Assembly: GCA_047602045.1 (NCBI GenBank)
Contig: JASGIC010000001.1
Location: 2,456,300-2,520,299 of the forward strand
Reading direction: 5' to 3'
Source: Steroidobacteraceae bacterium
GTDB taxonomy: Bacteria > Pseudomonadota > Gammaproteobacteria > Steroidobacterales > Steroidobacteraceae
Length of the DNA: 64,000 bases
Under the pieces are notes generated by a model, which did not search any database, was not told the DNA's origin, and saw nothing but the letters and a program-made list of their open reading frames with translations. This document shows, in pieces, positions 54,538-64,000 of the stretch. The translations under genes and the position numbers were made by a program. Each line of letters begins with the position of its first letter. Positions within the stretch are counted from its first letter, which is position 1.

Positions 54538-54914
54538 TTGAGCCCGAAAGCTCACTCCGATGAGCCGCCGCTTCAGCCGCGCCGGTCGGTGTCGGCTGAC
54601 ACGCTGATCCGCGTTCTTCCCATGGTGACGAAGCGGGTCATCGCCGATACTGGCCCTGCGCTGGAAGAGCAACCTTTGAATGGAAACCTCTTCAACAACA
54701 GCGCAGGGGGTGGGCCCGCGAAGGTAACAACAATGCCTCCACGGGCTCATTTCTTTTGGGCCGCTGTTCTCGCGGGTGATTGCACCGTTATCGCGCTGCA
54801 CGCAAGGTTTCGCGCCCGCAAGAATTTCTCCCTTGACGCGACGCGCCCGCGTCTCTCAAATGGTCTGCGTCGTGGTCAGAAAATCGGAGAGGAACGATCA
54901 TCCGACGTCGCAGA

Positions 54915-57464
54915 ATGAAGAGATTCGCTGCTCTATTGCTGTCTCTTGCAGCTTCCGCGGGGTTCGCCGCGGAATCAGCGCAGTTCGATCTGGTGGGGCC
55001 GTCGCTGCGCGGCACGGTGACGCGTGGCGATGCAACGCTGCCGCTGACGCAGGTGCCGAATTTCGCGGCCGGCGATCGCATCACCATGAAGGCGGAGCTG
55101 CCGATCAACCAGTCCGCGGCCTATCTGATGGTGGCGGCGTTCCTGCGCGGGCCGACCAACCCGCCGCCGGACGACTGGTTCTTCCGCTGCAAGACCTGGG
55201 TGAAGGCCTGTACGGAAAAGGGCCTGACCATCACGGTGCCGGCCGGTGCGCAACAACTGCTGGTGTTCTTCGCGCCGAAGACCGGCGGTGATTTCAAGAC
55301 GCTGCGTGGCGCCGTGCAAGGCAAGCCGGGTGCATTCGTGCGGGCGGCGCAGCAACTCAACCAATCCGCGCTGGATCGCTCGCGCGTCGATCTATACATC
55401 GCCGACGTGCGCGAACGCTCGCTCACCAATCCGGCCGCGCTGAAAGACGAGGCGCCGCTGCTGGCGCGCAGCCTGGCGATCAAGGTGGACGAAAAGTGCC
55501 TGGATCGCATTCCGGCGTTGCAGCTGCCCTGCCTGACGCAGAGCCACGACGCGCTGATCCTCAATGACGGCAGCCAGACCTCGATGGCGGCCACGCTGAC
55601 TTCCGGGCCGGCCAGCGATCTGGCCATCCAGGCGGCCAGCACGCCCAAGCTCGATTCGGGCGCCTACATTCCGTACATCGGCTCGTTCTTCGACATTGCG
55701 CGGTTGATGGACAATTTTCACACCGCGCACTACCAGTACATCCCGGCGCTGAACGCCACGCAGGGCGATCGGCTCATGCTGATGCTGAACACACCGCCTT
55801 CCTTCCACGATCCGCAGTCGGTGCTGGTGGCGGCGCTGCCGCCGATCGAGGCGGCGCAGCGGCCGGCGCTGCATGCGGTGGATGCGGCCAAGGCTTACTG
55901 CGTCTATCAGTCGCCGCTGGTGCTGGCGGTGGAAGGCGCGCCGCTGGTGTTCTCCACAGGCTATTCGCGCGATCTGGCCTTGCAGGTCGCGGGCGCTGAT
56001 GGACAGACGATGCTGTTGCCGGCGCGGGCCGATGCGCGCCAGGGTGGACTGGTCATCGACGGCGCTGCGCTCGGTGCGCTGGATGTCGATACCGCGCGCG
56101 CCGCGACGGTACGCGGCAGCTGGGGATTCGACGCCTACGAGGGGCCCTCGTTTCGATTGGTGAAGCCGCAGGGTCGCCCATGGGCGCTGGCCAGCGGTGA
56201 GGAGACCACGCTGGTTGCCGGGCAGGAGAGCACGCTGCATGCGCAGGGCGGTAGTGCCAGCTGCATCGAGAGCATTCGCCTGGCGCGTGCGGATGCGGAC
56301 CAGCTGGATGTGGACTGGAAGGAGACCCGGCCCGGTCTCATCGAGATGCAGCTGCCGTTGCGCAATGTCGATCCCGGCCCGGTGACGCTGGAAATCCGGC
56401 AGTACGGTGTGGCGCAGCCGCAGCAGATCGCGCTGAGGGCCTTTGCCGGCAGCGCGCGCCTCGATGGCTTCACGCTGTATGCGGGCGACGCAATCGGCAC
56501 GCTCAAGGGCGCGGGACTGGATCAGGTTGCGAGCCTGGAGTTGAAGGGCTATGGCTTCACTCCCGGCGTGCCGCAGGCTGGAGATGGCGGAGACGAGCTG
56601 CCGATGACGGCAAACGATGCGCAGGGTGTGGCCGGGTTGAAGGGCGGTGAGAACGCCGAGGCGCGCGTGCTGATGAAGGACGGCCGCAAGACCACGCTCA
56701 AGGTCGCCATCGGCCCGCAACGCCCGCGCGGCGTGCTGATCGCCAAGGACATCAAGCGCGCTGCCGCTGCGGGGACGCCCATCGTGCTGGCGGACGACGA
56801 TGAGCTGCCGCTGGATGCCACGCTGACCTTCTCGGTGCGCGCACTGGCCCCGCAGACCATTCCGCGCGACCTGCAGGTGGAGGTGGCGACGGCCGATGGT
56901 TCGAATTCGACGCTGCTCAGCGTGGCCAATGGTCGCCTGACGCTGGAGAGCCGCAACGTTGCGGTGGCCAATGTGCAGCCCTCGGCGGACTTCGGTCCCT
57001 CTGCATTCGGCGTGCTGCAGTTCCGGCTGGTGATGCGTGGTGTGGGGGGCGATTGGCAGCGTCTGGCCACGCTGACGCGAGTGCCTACACTGTCCGGCTT
57101 GCGTTGTGCGCCGAACGGTGAGGGCAACTGCACGCTCAGCGGCGCAAACCTGTTCCTGATCGATTCGATTGCGAACAACGCGAAGTTCCGCGCGCCGGTG
57201 CGGGTCGCGGAGGGCTTTCCGGGGTATGCGCTGGAGGTGCCGCGGCCATCGGATGGCCGGCTGTACATCCGGCTGCGCGACAACCCGGGCGTGATCAATA
57301 CGGCGACCTTCGATGTGGCGGCACCCGTGGTGACACCCGCTGCGCCTGCGGGTTCGGTGGCACCGGAACCGACTCTGCCCTCAACGCCGCCGGCGAGCAC
57401 GCCCGTCGTGCCGGCTCCTGCCGCAGCGCCAACCTCCGTGTCGGCGCCCGCTCCCGCCAGCTGA
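54915..57464 (+). CDS. large secreted protein of unknown function
   Basis: 849 aa with a signal peptide (LLLSLAASAGFA), beta-rich sequence and a Pro/Ala/Thr-rich C-terminal tail. No motif that I recognise. Confidence 0.68.
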   Translation: MKRFAALLLSLAASAGFAAESAQFDLVGPSLRGTVTRGDATLPLTQVPNFAAGDRITMKAELPINQSAAYLMVAAFLRGPTNPPPDDWFFRCKTWVKACTEKGLTITVPAGAQQLLVFFAPKTGGDFKTLRGAVQGKPGAFVRAAQQLNQSALDRSRVDLYIADVRERSLTNPAALKDEAPLLARSLAIKVDEKCLDRIPALQLPCLTQSHDALILNDGSQTSMAATLTSGPASDLAIQAASTPKLDSGAYIPYIGSFFDIARLMDNFHTAHYQYIPALNATQGDRLMLMLNTPPSFHDPQSVLVAALPPIEAAQRPALHAVDAAKAYCVYQSPLVLAVEGAPLVFSTGYSRDLALQVAGADGQTMLLPARADARQGGLVIDGAALGALDVDTARAATVRGSWGFDAYEGPSFRLVKPQGRPWALASGEETTLVAGQESTLHAQGGSASCIESIRLARADADQLDVDWKETRPGLIEMQLPLRNVDPGPVTLEIRQYGVAQPQQIALRAFAGSARLDGFTLYAGDAIGTLKGAGLDQVASLELKGYGFTPGVPQAGDGGDELPMTANDAQGVAGLKGGENAEARVLMKDGRKTTLKVAIGPQRPRGVLIAKDIKRAAAAGTPIVLADDDELPLDATLTFSVRALAPQTIPRDLQVEVATADGSNSTLLSVANGRLTLESRNVAVANVQPSADFGPSAFGVLQFRLVMRGVGGDWQRLATLTRVPTLSGLRCAPNGEGNCTLSGANLFLIDSIANNAKFRAPVRVAEGFPGYALEVPRPSDGRLYIRLRDNPGVINTATFDVAAPVVTPAAPAGSVAPEPTLPSTPPASTPVVPAPAAAPTSVSAPAPAS

Positions 57465-57792
57465 GCGCTCAGCCCAGCGAGTCGTACTGCTTCGGCGGCA
57501 GCGGCAGTCCGGCGTAGTGGCCTTTGGGATCGTACGGATCATGAATCGTAGTGGGTTCATCACTCCACTTCCATTCGCCATCTTCCTTCACGAAGATGTG
57601 GTTGTACTTCAGTGATTGCCAGATCGGAATCAGGGCCCATGCAGCCTTGCTTCGTCGATCATTGCAGCCCCCGCTTGCCGTTGCATTCAAAGGCGCGATG
57701 CTACCCGGTGCCGCACAGTGGCGTAAGCAGGCTGGGGTCGTGCGGCAACTAACCTGAAAGTGAGTCCTGGCTTGCGCAGCCGCGCAGCGATT

Positions 57793-58140
57793 TCACGCCG
57801 CCTTCCAGAATGACACCACCAGTCCGCCACTGATGATGAGCACACCACCGATGAGAATCGGTGCGCTGGGCAGCGAGCGGAAGGCCACGAAATTCACGAT
57901 CTGCCAGACAACGAACAGGATGGCGATGTACAGGCCGGCGATGCGGCCGAATTCCAGTGGCGCGAGGTTCAGGAACGAACCATAGCCGAGCAGCAGCAGC
58001 GCGCCGCAGGCCATGATGCCCACGCGCACCCAGCCCGCATGGTTGTGGATGGCTACGCGCACGATGGCGTCACCGCTGACCTCCATGGTGGTGGCGACAA
58101 TCAGGAAGATCACGGCGCGCATCAGGTCGGCAGCGGTCAT
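57793..58140 (-). CDS. small four-TM membrane protein (SMR/YnfA-UPF0060-like)
   Basis: 115 aa after trimming to the ATG at 58140. Four hydrophobic segments, a membrane-embedded Glu in TM1 (TTMEVSGD) and a GR..G.Y pattern as in YnfA-type proteins. Confidence 0.6.
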   Translation of the reverse strand: MTAADLMRAVIFLIVATTMEVSGDAIVRVAIHNHAGWVRVGIMACGALLLLGYGSFLNLAPLEFGRIAGLYIAILFVVWQIVNFVAFRSLPSAPILIGGVLIISGGLVVSFWKAA

Positions 58141-58236
58141 GGCAGGGCTCCGGCAATGAACAGGGACGGCTGTATATTCGCACAGCCGGCGTGATGAAGT
58201 GCAGCACTTCGGCCCTCGCGCTTCGGCGCTCATAGG

Positions 58237-59619
58237 GTGGCTGTGCCATCCATCGTCTGCCTTGGGGTGAAGAGTGCAAATTGGCAGGATGGCTACGGTG
58301 CGAATCCCGGGCGGCTGTTGCGGGCACTGGGTGCCGCCCTGTTACTGGGTCTCGGCCTGCTGACCCGCGACGCCGGCAGCGCCAACATGGCGCTGCCACT
58401 GACAACCTACGATCGGGACTTCCCGGCCATCGGCTACTCGGGCAAGGCCACGCACAACGCCCTGGCGGAGCTTGCCGGCAGGATCGAGCGTGGCGAGCTC
58501 ACGCTCGCCTATGTGCCGGGGCGCGGCTACCTCGACGATCTGCTGCGCGCGCTGGACATCGATCCTTCCTCGCAGATGCTGGTGTTCTCCAAGACCAGCC
58601 TGCAGGCCGCGCATATCGACTCGGACAAGCCGCGCGCGCTGTACTTCAACGATTCCACCTACGTGGCCTGGGTGCAGGACACGCAAGTGCTCGAGGCTGT
58701 CAGCATCGATGCCGAGCGCGGGCCGGTGTACTACACCATTGGCAATGTCGCGACCCGCGCACCCACGCTGATGCGGGAGACGACGCGCTGCCTGGTCTGC
58801 CACGACAGTGCCACGATGCGCGGCAATGGCCTGCCGCAGGTGCTGGTGAAGTCGGCGGTGGTGGAGGGCATGCCCAATCCGCCGGATCGCACCGCGGCCG
58901 TGATCATCACCCATGCCTCGGCCATCGAGGAGCGCTGGGGCGGCTGGTATGTGACCGGCAAGCTCGGCATGCAGCTGCATCTGGGCAACCTGCCGGTGGT
59001 GGGCTCGCAGATCGGCATTCCGGCCAGCATCCACAATCACAACAATCTCGATGGGCTGGAAGGTTACTTCGACACCAGGCCCTACCTCACCGACAAGAGC
59101 GACATCGTGCCGCTGCTGGTGCTGGAGCATCAGTCCTATGTGCACAACCTGATCACGCGTGTTCGCTACCAGTCCAGCCTGTTCGAGCAGCCGGCGCGCT
59201 GGGATCAGCTGGCGGCGGAAAAACAGGCCGAACTGCAGCCCGCGCTCGACGAGCTGGTGACTGCGATGACCTTCCAGAACGAGGTGCACCTGGTCGCGAA
59301 GATCCGCGGTACCGCCGGCTACGAATCGTGGTTCGAGTCGCGTGGCCCGCGGGATGCGGCGGGCCGGTCTCTGCGTCAGTTCGACCTGGCGACGCGCACC
59401 TTCCGCTATCCGCTGAGCTATCTGGTGTACTCGCCCGACTTCGATGCGCTGCCGCCGTATGCAAGGGATTACGTCTATCGGCAGTTCATCCAGGTGCTGG
59501 AGCGCGAGCCCGGCGGCGGACTGCCGGTGATCTGCGCGGCGGATCGGCAGGCGGCTCTGGAGATTCTCGCGGCGACCAAGCCGGAATTCGCTCGCTATCG
59601 GGCCGCACGCGGTGGCTGA
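58237..59619 (+). CDS. secreted hypothetical protein with a single CxxCH haem-binding motif
   Basis: 460 aa with a signal-like N-terminus and the motif TTRCLVCHDS. The GTG start is uncertain. Confidence 0.65.
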   Translation: MAVPSIVCLGVKSANWQDGYGANPGRLLRALGAALLLGLGLLTRDAGSANMALPLTTYDRDFPAIGYSGKATHNALAELAGRIERGELTLAYVPGRGYLDDLLRALDIDPSSQMLVFSKTSLQAAHIDSDKPRALYFNDSTYVAWVQDTQVLEAVSIDAERGPVYYTIGNVATRAPTLMRETTRCLVCHDSATMRGNGLPQVLVKSAVVEGMPNPPDRTAAVIITHASAIEERWGGWYVTGKLGMQLHLGNLPVVGSQIGIPASIHNHNNLDGLEGYFDTRPYLTDKSDIVPLLVLEHQSYVHNLITRVRYQSSLFEQPARWDQLAAEKQAELQPALDELVTAMTFQNEVHLVAKIRGTAGYESWFESRGPRDAAGRSLRQFDLATRTFRYPLSYLVYSPDFDALPPYARDYVYRQFIQVLEREPGGGLPVICAADRQAALEILAATKPEFARYRAARGG

Positions 59620-59860
59620 ACCGGTAGCGTCTCCGCATTCAATATTTCTGCATATTTGCGTTCGCTGCCACCGCTCCTGTAGGGTTGTGGCGCGCATCCC
59701 ACGGACACGGGCGGCGCAGAAAGACTTGAGCGAAGTCAGGGACGAGGACGCTTGAATCAACCAAGGACATCGGCACGGCCTGTGGTCTGACCGATGCTCG
59801 ACTAGGCCCCCGTTTCCCCCTTCGACCAGGCGTTGGGTACTTTATTTTTCGGGGGGATTC

Positions 59861-62323
59861 ATGAAGCTCATCAAGCCAGCAACCCTGCTGGGTGCGGTGT
59901 CGTGCCTGCTTGCCACATCGGTGGCGGGCATTGCCCACGCGCAGACCAGCGGCGAGGCGCTCAGCGATCAGCTCGAAGAGGTGGTGGTCACGGCGGAGAA
60001 GCGCGAGACCAACCTGCAGAAAACCGCCATGTCGATCCAGGTCTACAAGGGCGAAGAACTCAAAGAGCAGGGCAAGAAACGCATCGACGACATCATGAAC
60101 GGCGTCGTTGGCGTGCAGGCGGCCGATAGTCAGGTCGGCAAGACATTCTCGATCCGCGGTGTCGACAACGGCGCCAATGGGGGTCCGGCGGGTCCGCCAG
60201 CGCCGACCGTGGCCGTGGTCATCGACGGCGTGTACCAGAACCGCAGTGAAGTGGTGCGCGGTGGCACGCTGGACGTCTCGCAGGTGGAAGTCATGCGTGG
60301 CACGCAGACCACAGCGGTGGGCGCCAACGCGCTGGCGGGCGCTGTGAGCCTGGTCTCCAACAAGCCCGTGTTCGACTACCAGGCCAGTGGTTCGGTGGAG
60401 GTGGGTGACTACAACCTGCTGAACATGGAAGGCGTGCTGAACCTGCCGATCAGCGGCAATCAGGCGTTGCGTGCGGCGTACTCCACCAACAAGCGCGACG
60501 GCTACCTGAGCAGCAATGCCGGCAATGCCGATCTGACCAATGCGCGCCTGAAGTATCGCATCAAGCCCAGTGACGATCTGGACATCGTGCTGACGGCCTC
60601 CAGCAATCACATTGGCGGCAATGGTGTCTCGCAGGGTGTGCTGACCTACACCGGCAGGTGGGAGCCCTACAACGCCGCCAACGCCGGCAGCTATCTGACC
60701 ACCATGGGTGGCCCCGCCGGCAACATCCTGTTCGGACTGCTGCCCACCCCGGGCAAGACCTTCCGCGATCGCAGCAACCCCTGGGATGACGGCTATCCGG
60801 CCGATGTCTGGCCGAACAATCCGTACCGTGACACGCGCGTCAACCAGTTCAGCGCCGAGATCAACTGGAGCACGCCGATCGGTGACGTGACGGTGCTGCC
60901 CTCGGTGCAGGCGGCGCGCTTCCGCTCGGCCGAGCCGCCGCGCGGCACCGGCACCAGCTGGATGTCCGAGGATGACGTGCAGAACACCAACCAGGTGGAA
61001 GCGCGTCTGGCCTCCAGGCCCGGTTCGGCGATCGAATGGCTGGTGGGCGCGTACTACTACGACATGAAGCAGCCCAAGGGCACCTTCCTGAGCGTGGCAT
61101 ACGCCAACGACAGCATGAATGCCTGCGGCGGCACCGAGACCTGCTACAGCTGGACCGACACCCGGACCGAGAACAAAACCGAAGCGGCATTCGCTCAGGG
61201 CAAGTACTCGCTGACCGACGCCCTGCGGCTGATCGGCTCGCTGCGCTACAGCCACGACACCGGCGCGGGCCAGACCACGGCCAATACGCTGGGCAGCATC
61301 ACCGGTCCGTCTACGGCGTTCACCTACAACCCCGAGATCGACGGCACCTGGAGCGCCACGACCTTTCGTGCCGGCATCGAGTACGACATCGCCTCGCAGG
61401 ACATGCTCTATCTGACCTACGCCACCGGTTATCAGCCGGGCGCGGTGGATACGATGGGCAACACTACCACGCTCAAGAGCACCACCAGGCAGTACACGGC
61501 GGGCCTGAAGAGCCGCTTCCTGGATGACAAGCTGCAGTTCAACATCGAAGGCTTCCTGCTGAAATACGCCAACCGGCCCTTCACCAGCAGCGTGACCATC
61601 GGCAGCTACGACTTCGGCATGGGTGCCATCGGCAGCCCGCTGGTGGATGCGGACTACACGACGCTGAACCCCAACGTGCAGATCACCGTGCCGACCCAGC
61701 AGTCGCTGGGCGCCGACGTCGATATCACCTTCGTGCCGACGGCCGAGGATCGTATCGACCTGTCGCTGGAGTATCTGGATGCGACCCTGGGTTCGGCGCC
61801 GGCGGCGCCGAAGTTCACGGTGGACCAGATCACCGCGGCGGCCGTGGCCAACGGCGGTGTGGTCGACACCACGGCCGCCAGCTCGCTGCTCGATCAGTAC
61901 AACGCGCTGGTGGCTTCGTACAACGGCACCACGTTGCAGAATGCACCGAAGTACAGCGGCAACCTGACGTACCAGCACCGCTTCTCGCTGGCCAGCGGTG
62001 CCTCGCTGTCGCCCAGCCTGAATCTGGCGTTCAAGGACAAGTACTGGTCGCAGAGCGGCTCGCCGGCGCCGGGTGCCGGCGTGGACGTGCGCACCGCGCT
62101 GGACAGCGGTTCCATCCTGCGTCAGGACGCGTACTTCCTGTGGAACGCGTACCTGAACTGGTCGTCCGCCGACGGCAAGTACACGCTGACCGGCTACGTG
62201 AAGAACATCGCCAACGAAGTGGTCCAGACCAACATCGGCGGTGAGCCGGGCCTGGCTGGTGTCTACTACGTCAGCCTGGATGCTCCGCGCACCTTCGGTC
62301 TGACCATCAGCGCCAGCCTGTAA
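59861..62323 (+). CDS. TonB-dependent receptor
   Basis: 820 aa with a signal peptide and a TonB-box/plug region (EEVVVTAEKRETNLQKTAMSIQV). Long beta-barrel. The C-terminus RTFGLTISASL ends in Leu rather than a terminal aromatic residue. Confidence 0.92.
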   Translation: MKLIKPATLLGAVSCLLATSVAGIAHAQTSGEALSDQLEEVVVTAEKRETNLQKTAMSIQVYKGEELKEQGKKRIDDIMNGVVGVQAADSQVGKTFSIRGVDNGANGGPAGPPAPTVAVVIDGVYQNRSEVVRGGTLDVSQVEVMRGTQTTAVGANALAGAVSLVSNKPVFDYQASGSVEVGDYNLLNMEGVLNLPISGNQALRAAYSTNKRDGYLSSNAGNADLTNARLKYRIKPSDDLDIVLTASSNHIGGNGVSQGVLTYTGRWEPYNAANAGSYLTTMGGPAGNILFGLLPTPGKTFRDRSNPWDDGYPADVWPNNPYRDTRVNQFSAEINWSTPIGDVTVLPSVQAARFRSAEPPRGTGTSWMSEDDVQNTNQVEARLASRPGSAIEWLVGAYYYDMKQPKGTFLSVAYANDSMNACGGTETCYSWTDTRTENKTEAAFAQGKYSLTDALRLIGSLRYSHDTGAGQTTANTLGSITGPSTAFTYNPEIDGTWSATTFRAGIEYDIASQDMLYLTYATGYQPGAVDTMGNTTTLKSTTRQYTAGLKSRFLDDKLQFNIEGFLLKYANRPFTSSVTIGSYDFGMGAIGSPLVDADYTTLNPNVQITVPTQQSLGADVDITFVPTAEDRIDLSLEYLDATLGSAPAAPKFTVDQITAAAVANGGVVDTTAASSLLDQYNALVASYNGTTLQNAPKYSGNLTYQHRFSLASGASLSPSLNLAFKDKYWSQSGSPAPGAGVDVRTALDSGSILRQDAYFLWNAYLNWSSADGKYTLTGYVKNIANEVVQTNIGGEPGLAGVYYVSLDAPRTFGLTISASL

Positions 62324-62347
62324 CGGGTCGCGCTTTTGTGAAAAAGA

Positions 62348-62379
62348 GGGCCGGGCGGCGTTGCTGCCCGGCCCTTTTG
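62348..62379 (+). terminator. Rho-independent terminator
   Basis: GGGCCGGGC (62348-62356), a 9-nt loop, GCCCGGCCC (62366-62374), then TTTTG. It lies 25 nt after the receptor stop. Confidence 0.8.
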
Positions 62380-62458
62380 CTGCGTAGACTCACAGGGCGA
62401 CGAGCTTTCGCCGCAACGTCGCTCGGACGGTTCCGGGCGCTTACGTGAGTGAGGATCC

Positions 62459-63652
62459 ATGAGCACTTCTGCCGTGGGCAAGCGCCGCTTTGCCCGCATC
62501 GATCGCCTGCCTCCCTATGTCTTCAACATCACCGCGGAGCTCAAGCTCGCGGCGCGCCGTCGTGGCGAGGACATCATCGACCTGTCCATGGGCAACCCCG
62601 ACGGGGCCACGCCGCCGCATATCGTCAACAAGCTGATCGAGGTGGCGCAGCGCCCGGACACGCATGGCTATTCGGCCTCCAGGGGCATTCCGCGTCTACG
62701 GCGTGCGATCGCGCACTGGTACGAGAAGCGCTTCGGCGCCGCCATCGATCCGGACACCGAGGCCGTGGTCACCATCGGTTCGAAAGAGGGCCTGGCGCAT
62801 CTGATGCTGGCCACGCTGGATCGCGGCGACACGGTGCTGGTGCCGGATCCGAGCTATCCCATCCACATCTATGGTGCGGTGATCGCGGGCGCCGACATCC
62901 GCTCGGTGCCGCTGGTGCCGGAGGTGGATTTCTTCGCCGAGCTGGAGCGTGCCATCCGCGGCAGCTATCCCAAACCCAAGATGATGGTACTGGGCTTTCC
63001 GTCGAATCCCACGGCGCAGTGCGTGGAGCTGGATTTCTTCGAACGCGTCATTGCCCTGGCGCGCAAGCACGACATTCTGGTGGTGCACGATCTGGCCTAC
63101 GCCGACATCTGCTACGACGGCTGGAAGGCGCCGTCCATCATGCAGGTGCCGGGCGCCAAGGACATCGCCGTGGAGTTCTTCACGCTGTCGAAGAGCTACA
63201 ACATGGCCGGCTGGCGCATCGGCTTCATGGTGGGCAATGCGGAGCTGTGTCAGGCGCTGTCGCGCATGAAGAGCTATCACGACTACGGCACCTTCACGCC
63301 GCTGCAGGTGGCGGCGATCGCGGCGCTGGAAGGCGATCAGCACTGCGTCGGCGAGATTGCCGCGAGCTATCAGAGCCGTCGCGATGTATTGGTGAAGGGG
63401 TTGTGCGAGGCCGGCTGGCCGGTGGAGACACCCAGGGCTTCCATGTACGTGTGGGCGCCGATTCCGGAGCGCTACCGCGCGCTGGGTTCACTGGAGTTCT
63501 CCAGGCTGCTGCTGGAGCAGGCCAGGGTCAGCGTGTCGCCGGGCATCGGCTTTGGCGACTACGGTGATGGCCATGTGCGCTTCGCGCTCATCGAAAACGA
63601 GAATCGCATCCGCCAGGCGGTGCGTGGCATCAAGGCCATGCTGCGCACATGA
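62459..63652 (+). CDS. PLP-dependent aminotransferase class I/II (alanine transaminase AlaC-like)
   Basis: 397 aa. [13 protein letters not shown]-terminus, [15 protein letters not shown]-lysine motif, GAGGA RBS. Confidence 0.86.
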   Translation: MSTSAVGKRRFARIDRLPPYVFNITAELKLAARRRGEDIIDLSMGNPDGATPPHIVNKLIEVAQRPDTHGYSASRGIPRLRRAIAHWYEKRFGAAIDPDTEAVVTIGSKEGLAHLMLATLDRGDTVLVPDPSYPIHIYGAVIAGADIRSVPLVPEVDFFAELERAIRGSYPKPKMMVLGFPSNPTAQCVELDFFERVIALARKHDILVVHDLAYADICYDGWKAPSIMQVPGAKDIAVEFFTLSKSYNMAGWRIGFMVGNAELCQALSRMKSYHDYGTFTPLQVAAIAALEGDQHCVGEIAASYQSRRDVLVKGLCEAGWPVETPRASMYVWAPIPERYRALGSLEFSRLLLEQARVSVSPGIGFGDYGDGHVRFALIENENRIRQAVRGIKAMLRT

Positions 63653-63740
63653 AGACTGGTTCATGTTGGCGCGGCCGAGGCTGCGCGCGGCATAAAGTCC
63701 TCACCGGAATATTCCAGTGACGGTATCCGGGGAGGGCACC

Positions 63741-64000
63741 ATGCGTCTTTCTTACGTGGCGTGCGCGCTGGCGCTGTGCATTGCGGCGAATGCTGCGCAG
63801 GCCGCCAATTCGCAGAACACCAAGATGACGGAGTGCAACGCGCAGGCCAAGAGCCAGAGTCTCAGTGGCGATGCGCGCAAGAGTTTCATGAAGAGCTGTC
63901 TGTCGGCTGCGGGCGCTGCGCCGGCCGCAACCAAGCTCACCGCGCAGCAACAGAAGATGGCCAGCTGCAATGCCGACGCCAAGGCCAAATCGCTGGCCGG
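63741..64000 (+). CDS. PsiF-repeat family protein (partial, runs off the window end)
   Basis: I translated this by hand. It reads MRLSYVACALALCIAANAAQA (signal peptide), then two repeats of the form Q..KM..CN..AK...L.G..RK.FM..CL. It is not in the ORF track because no stop lies inside the window. Confidence 0.72.
   Translation, partial: MRLSYVACALALCIAANAAQAANSQNTKMTECNAQAKSQSLSGDARKSFMKSCLSAAGAAPAATKLTAQQQKMASCNADAKAKSLA

Larger units (their letters stand above)
51313..54914. mobile_element. small degraded genomic islet inserted 3' of the tRNA (no integrase left)
   Basis: It starts immediately after the tRNA. GC is lower (a 60-nt line at 52321-52380 counts 18 G+C). Contents are an orphan ORF, a Fic gene and a transposase remnant. 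High-GC core-like genes resume at 54915. Confidence 0.5.

Noticed and set aside
54538-54914. Looked for a direct repeat of the tRNA 3' end (attR) and for IS terminal inverted repeats at the right border of the islet.
   Set aside because: I found no match to GGTTCGAATCCAAGCAGGCCCA or a substantial part of it by eye. The border therefore remains approximate.
57469-57690. 73-aa minus-strand ORF in a low-GC patch (…IFVKEDGEWKWSDEPTTIHDPYDPKGHYAGLPLPPKQYDSLG).
   Set aside because: The C-terminal part looks protein-like. However, the only start is a TTG without an RBS, there is no internal Met, and I recognise no family. It may be a gene fragment, and the support is too weak to call a CDS.
59620-59860. 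241-bp leader of the TonB-dependent receptor, checked for a riboswitch (cobalamin, TPP) or a Fur box.
   Set aside because: I recognised no B12-box, no TPP core and no convincing GATAATGATAATCATTATC-like sequence. There is only an AT-rich patch (ATTCAATATTTCTGCATATTT), which may be a promoter.

Overview
High-GC proteobacterial chromosomal segment. Gene content suggests a Xanthomonadales/Nevskiales-like gammaproteobacterium, but that is inference only. I call about 45 protein genes, one tRNA and no rRNA or CRISPR. Most of the window is housekeeping: hemH, gabD, thiolase, gshA, a P-II nitrogen regulator, AHAS ilvH/ilvI, fbp, ilvA, hrpB, YgiQ and PA0069-type radical SAM proteins, an aminotransferase, transporters and c-di-GMP signalling. 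Many long ORFs in the track are antisense shadow ORFs typical of high-GC DNA and were discarded. Several N-termini were trimmed to internal starts that match family N-termini or RBS positions.

Most notable observations:
1. A 1852-aa single-chain double UvrA (four ABC ATPase modules, non-equivalent halves) is translationally coupled to a 110-aa Cys-rich zinc-ribbon protein (34147-40034).
2. A perfect CTGT-N8-ACAG SOS-box-like palindrome sits directly in front of the PA0069-family radical SAM gene.
3. A small, decayed island follows a tRNA(CAU). It carries a Fic (AMPylase-type) protein with an N-terminal wHTH-like region, repeated operator-like motifs and an IS transposase remnant.
4. A frameshifted secreted-protein gene is paired with a DUF6152-like gene, next to a low-GC, atypically built TonB_C-domain protein.
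5. A truncated alpha/beta-hydrolase-like stub is coupled (ATGA) to a coiled-coil FHA protein at the head of the ilvA cluster.
6. ilvH and ilvI are arranged head-to-head.
7. A decayed EAL-domain gene fragment lies upstream of an ATP-grasp gene.

All functional calls rest on my reading of the translated ORFs and motifs. No database search was run.
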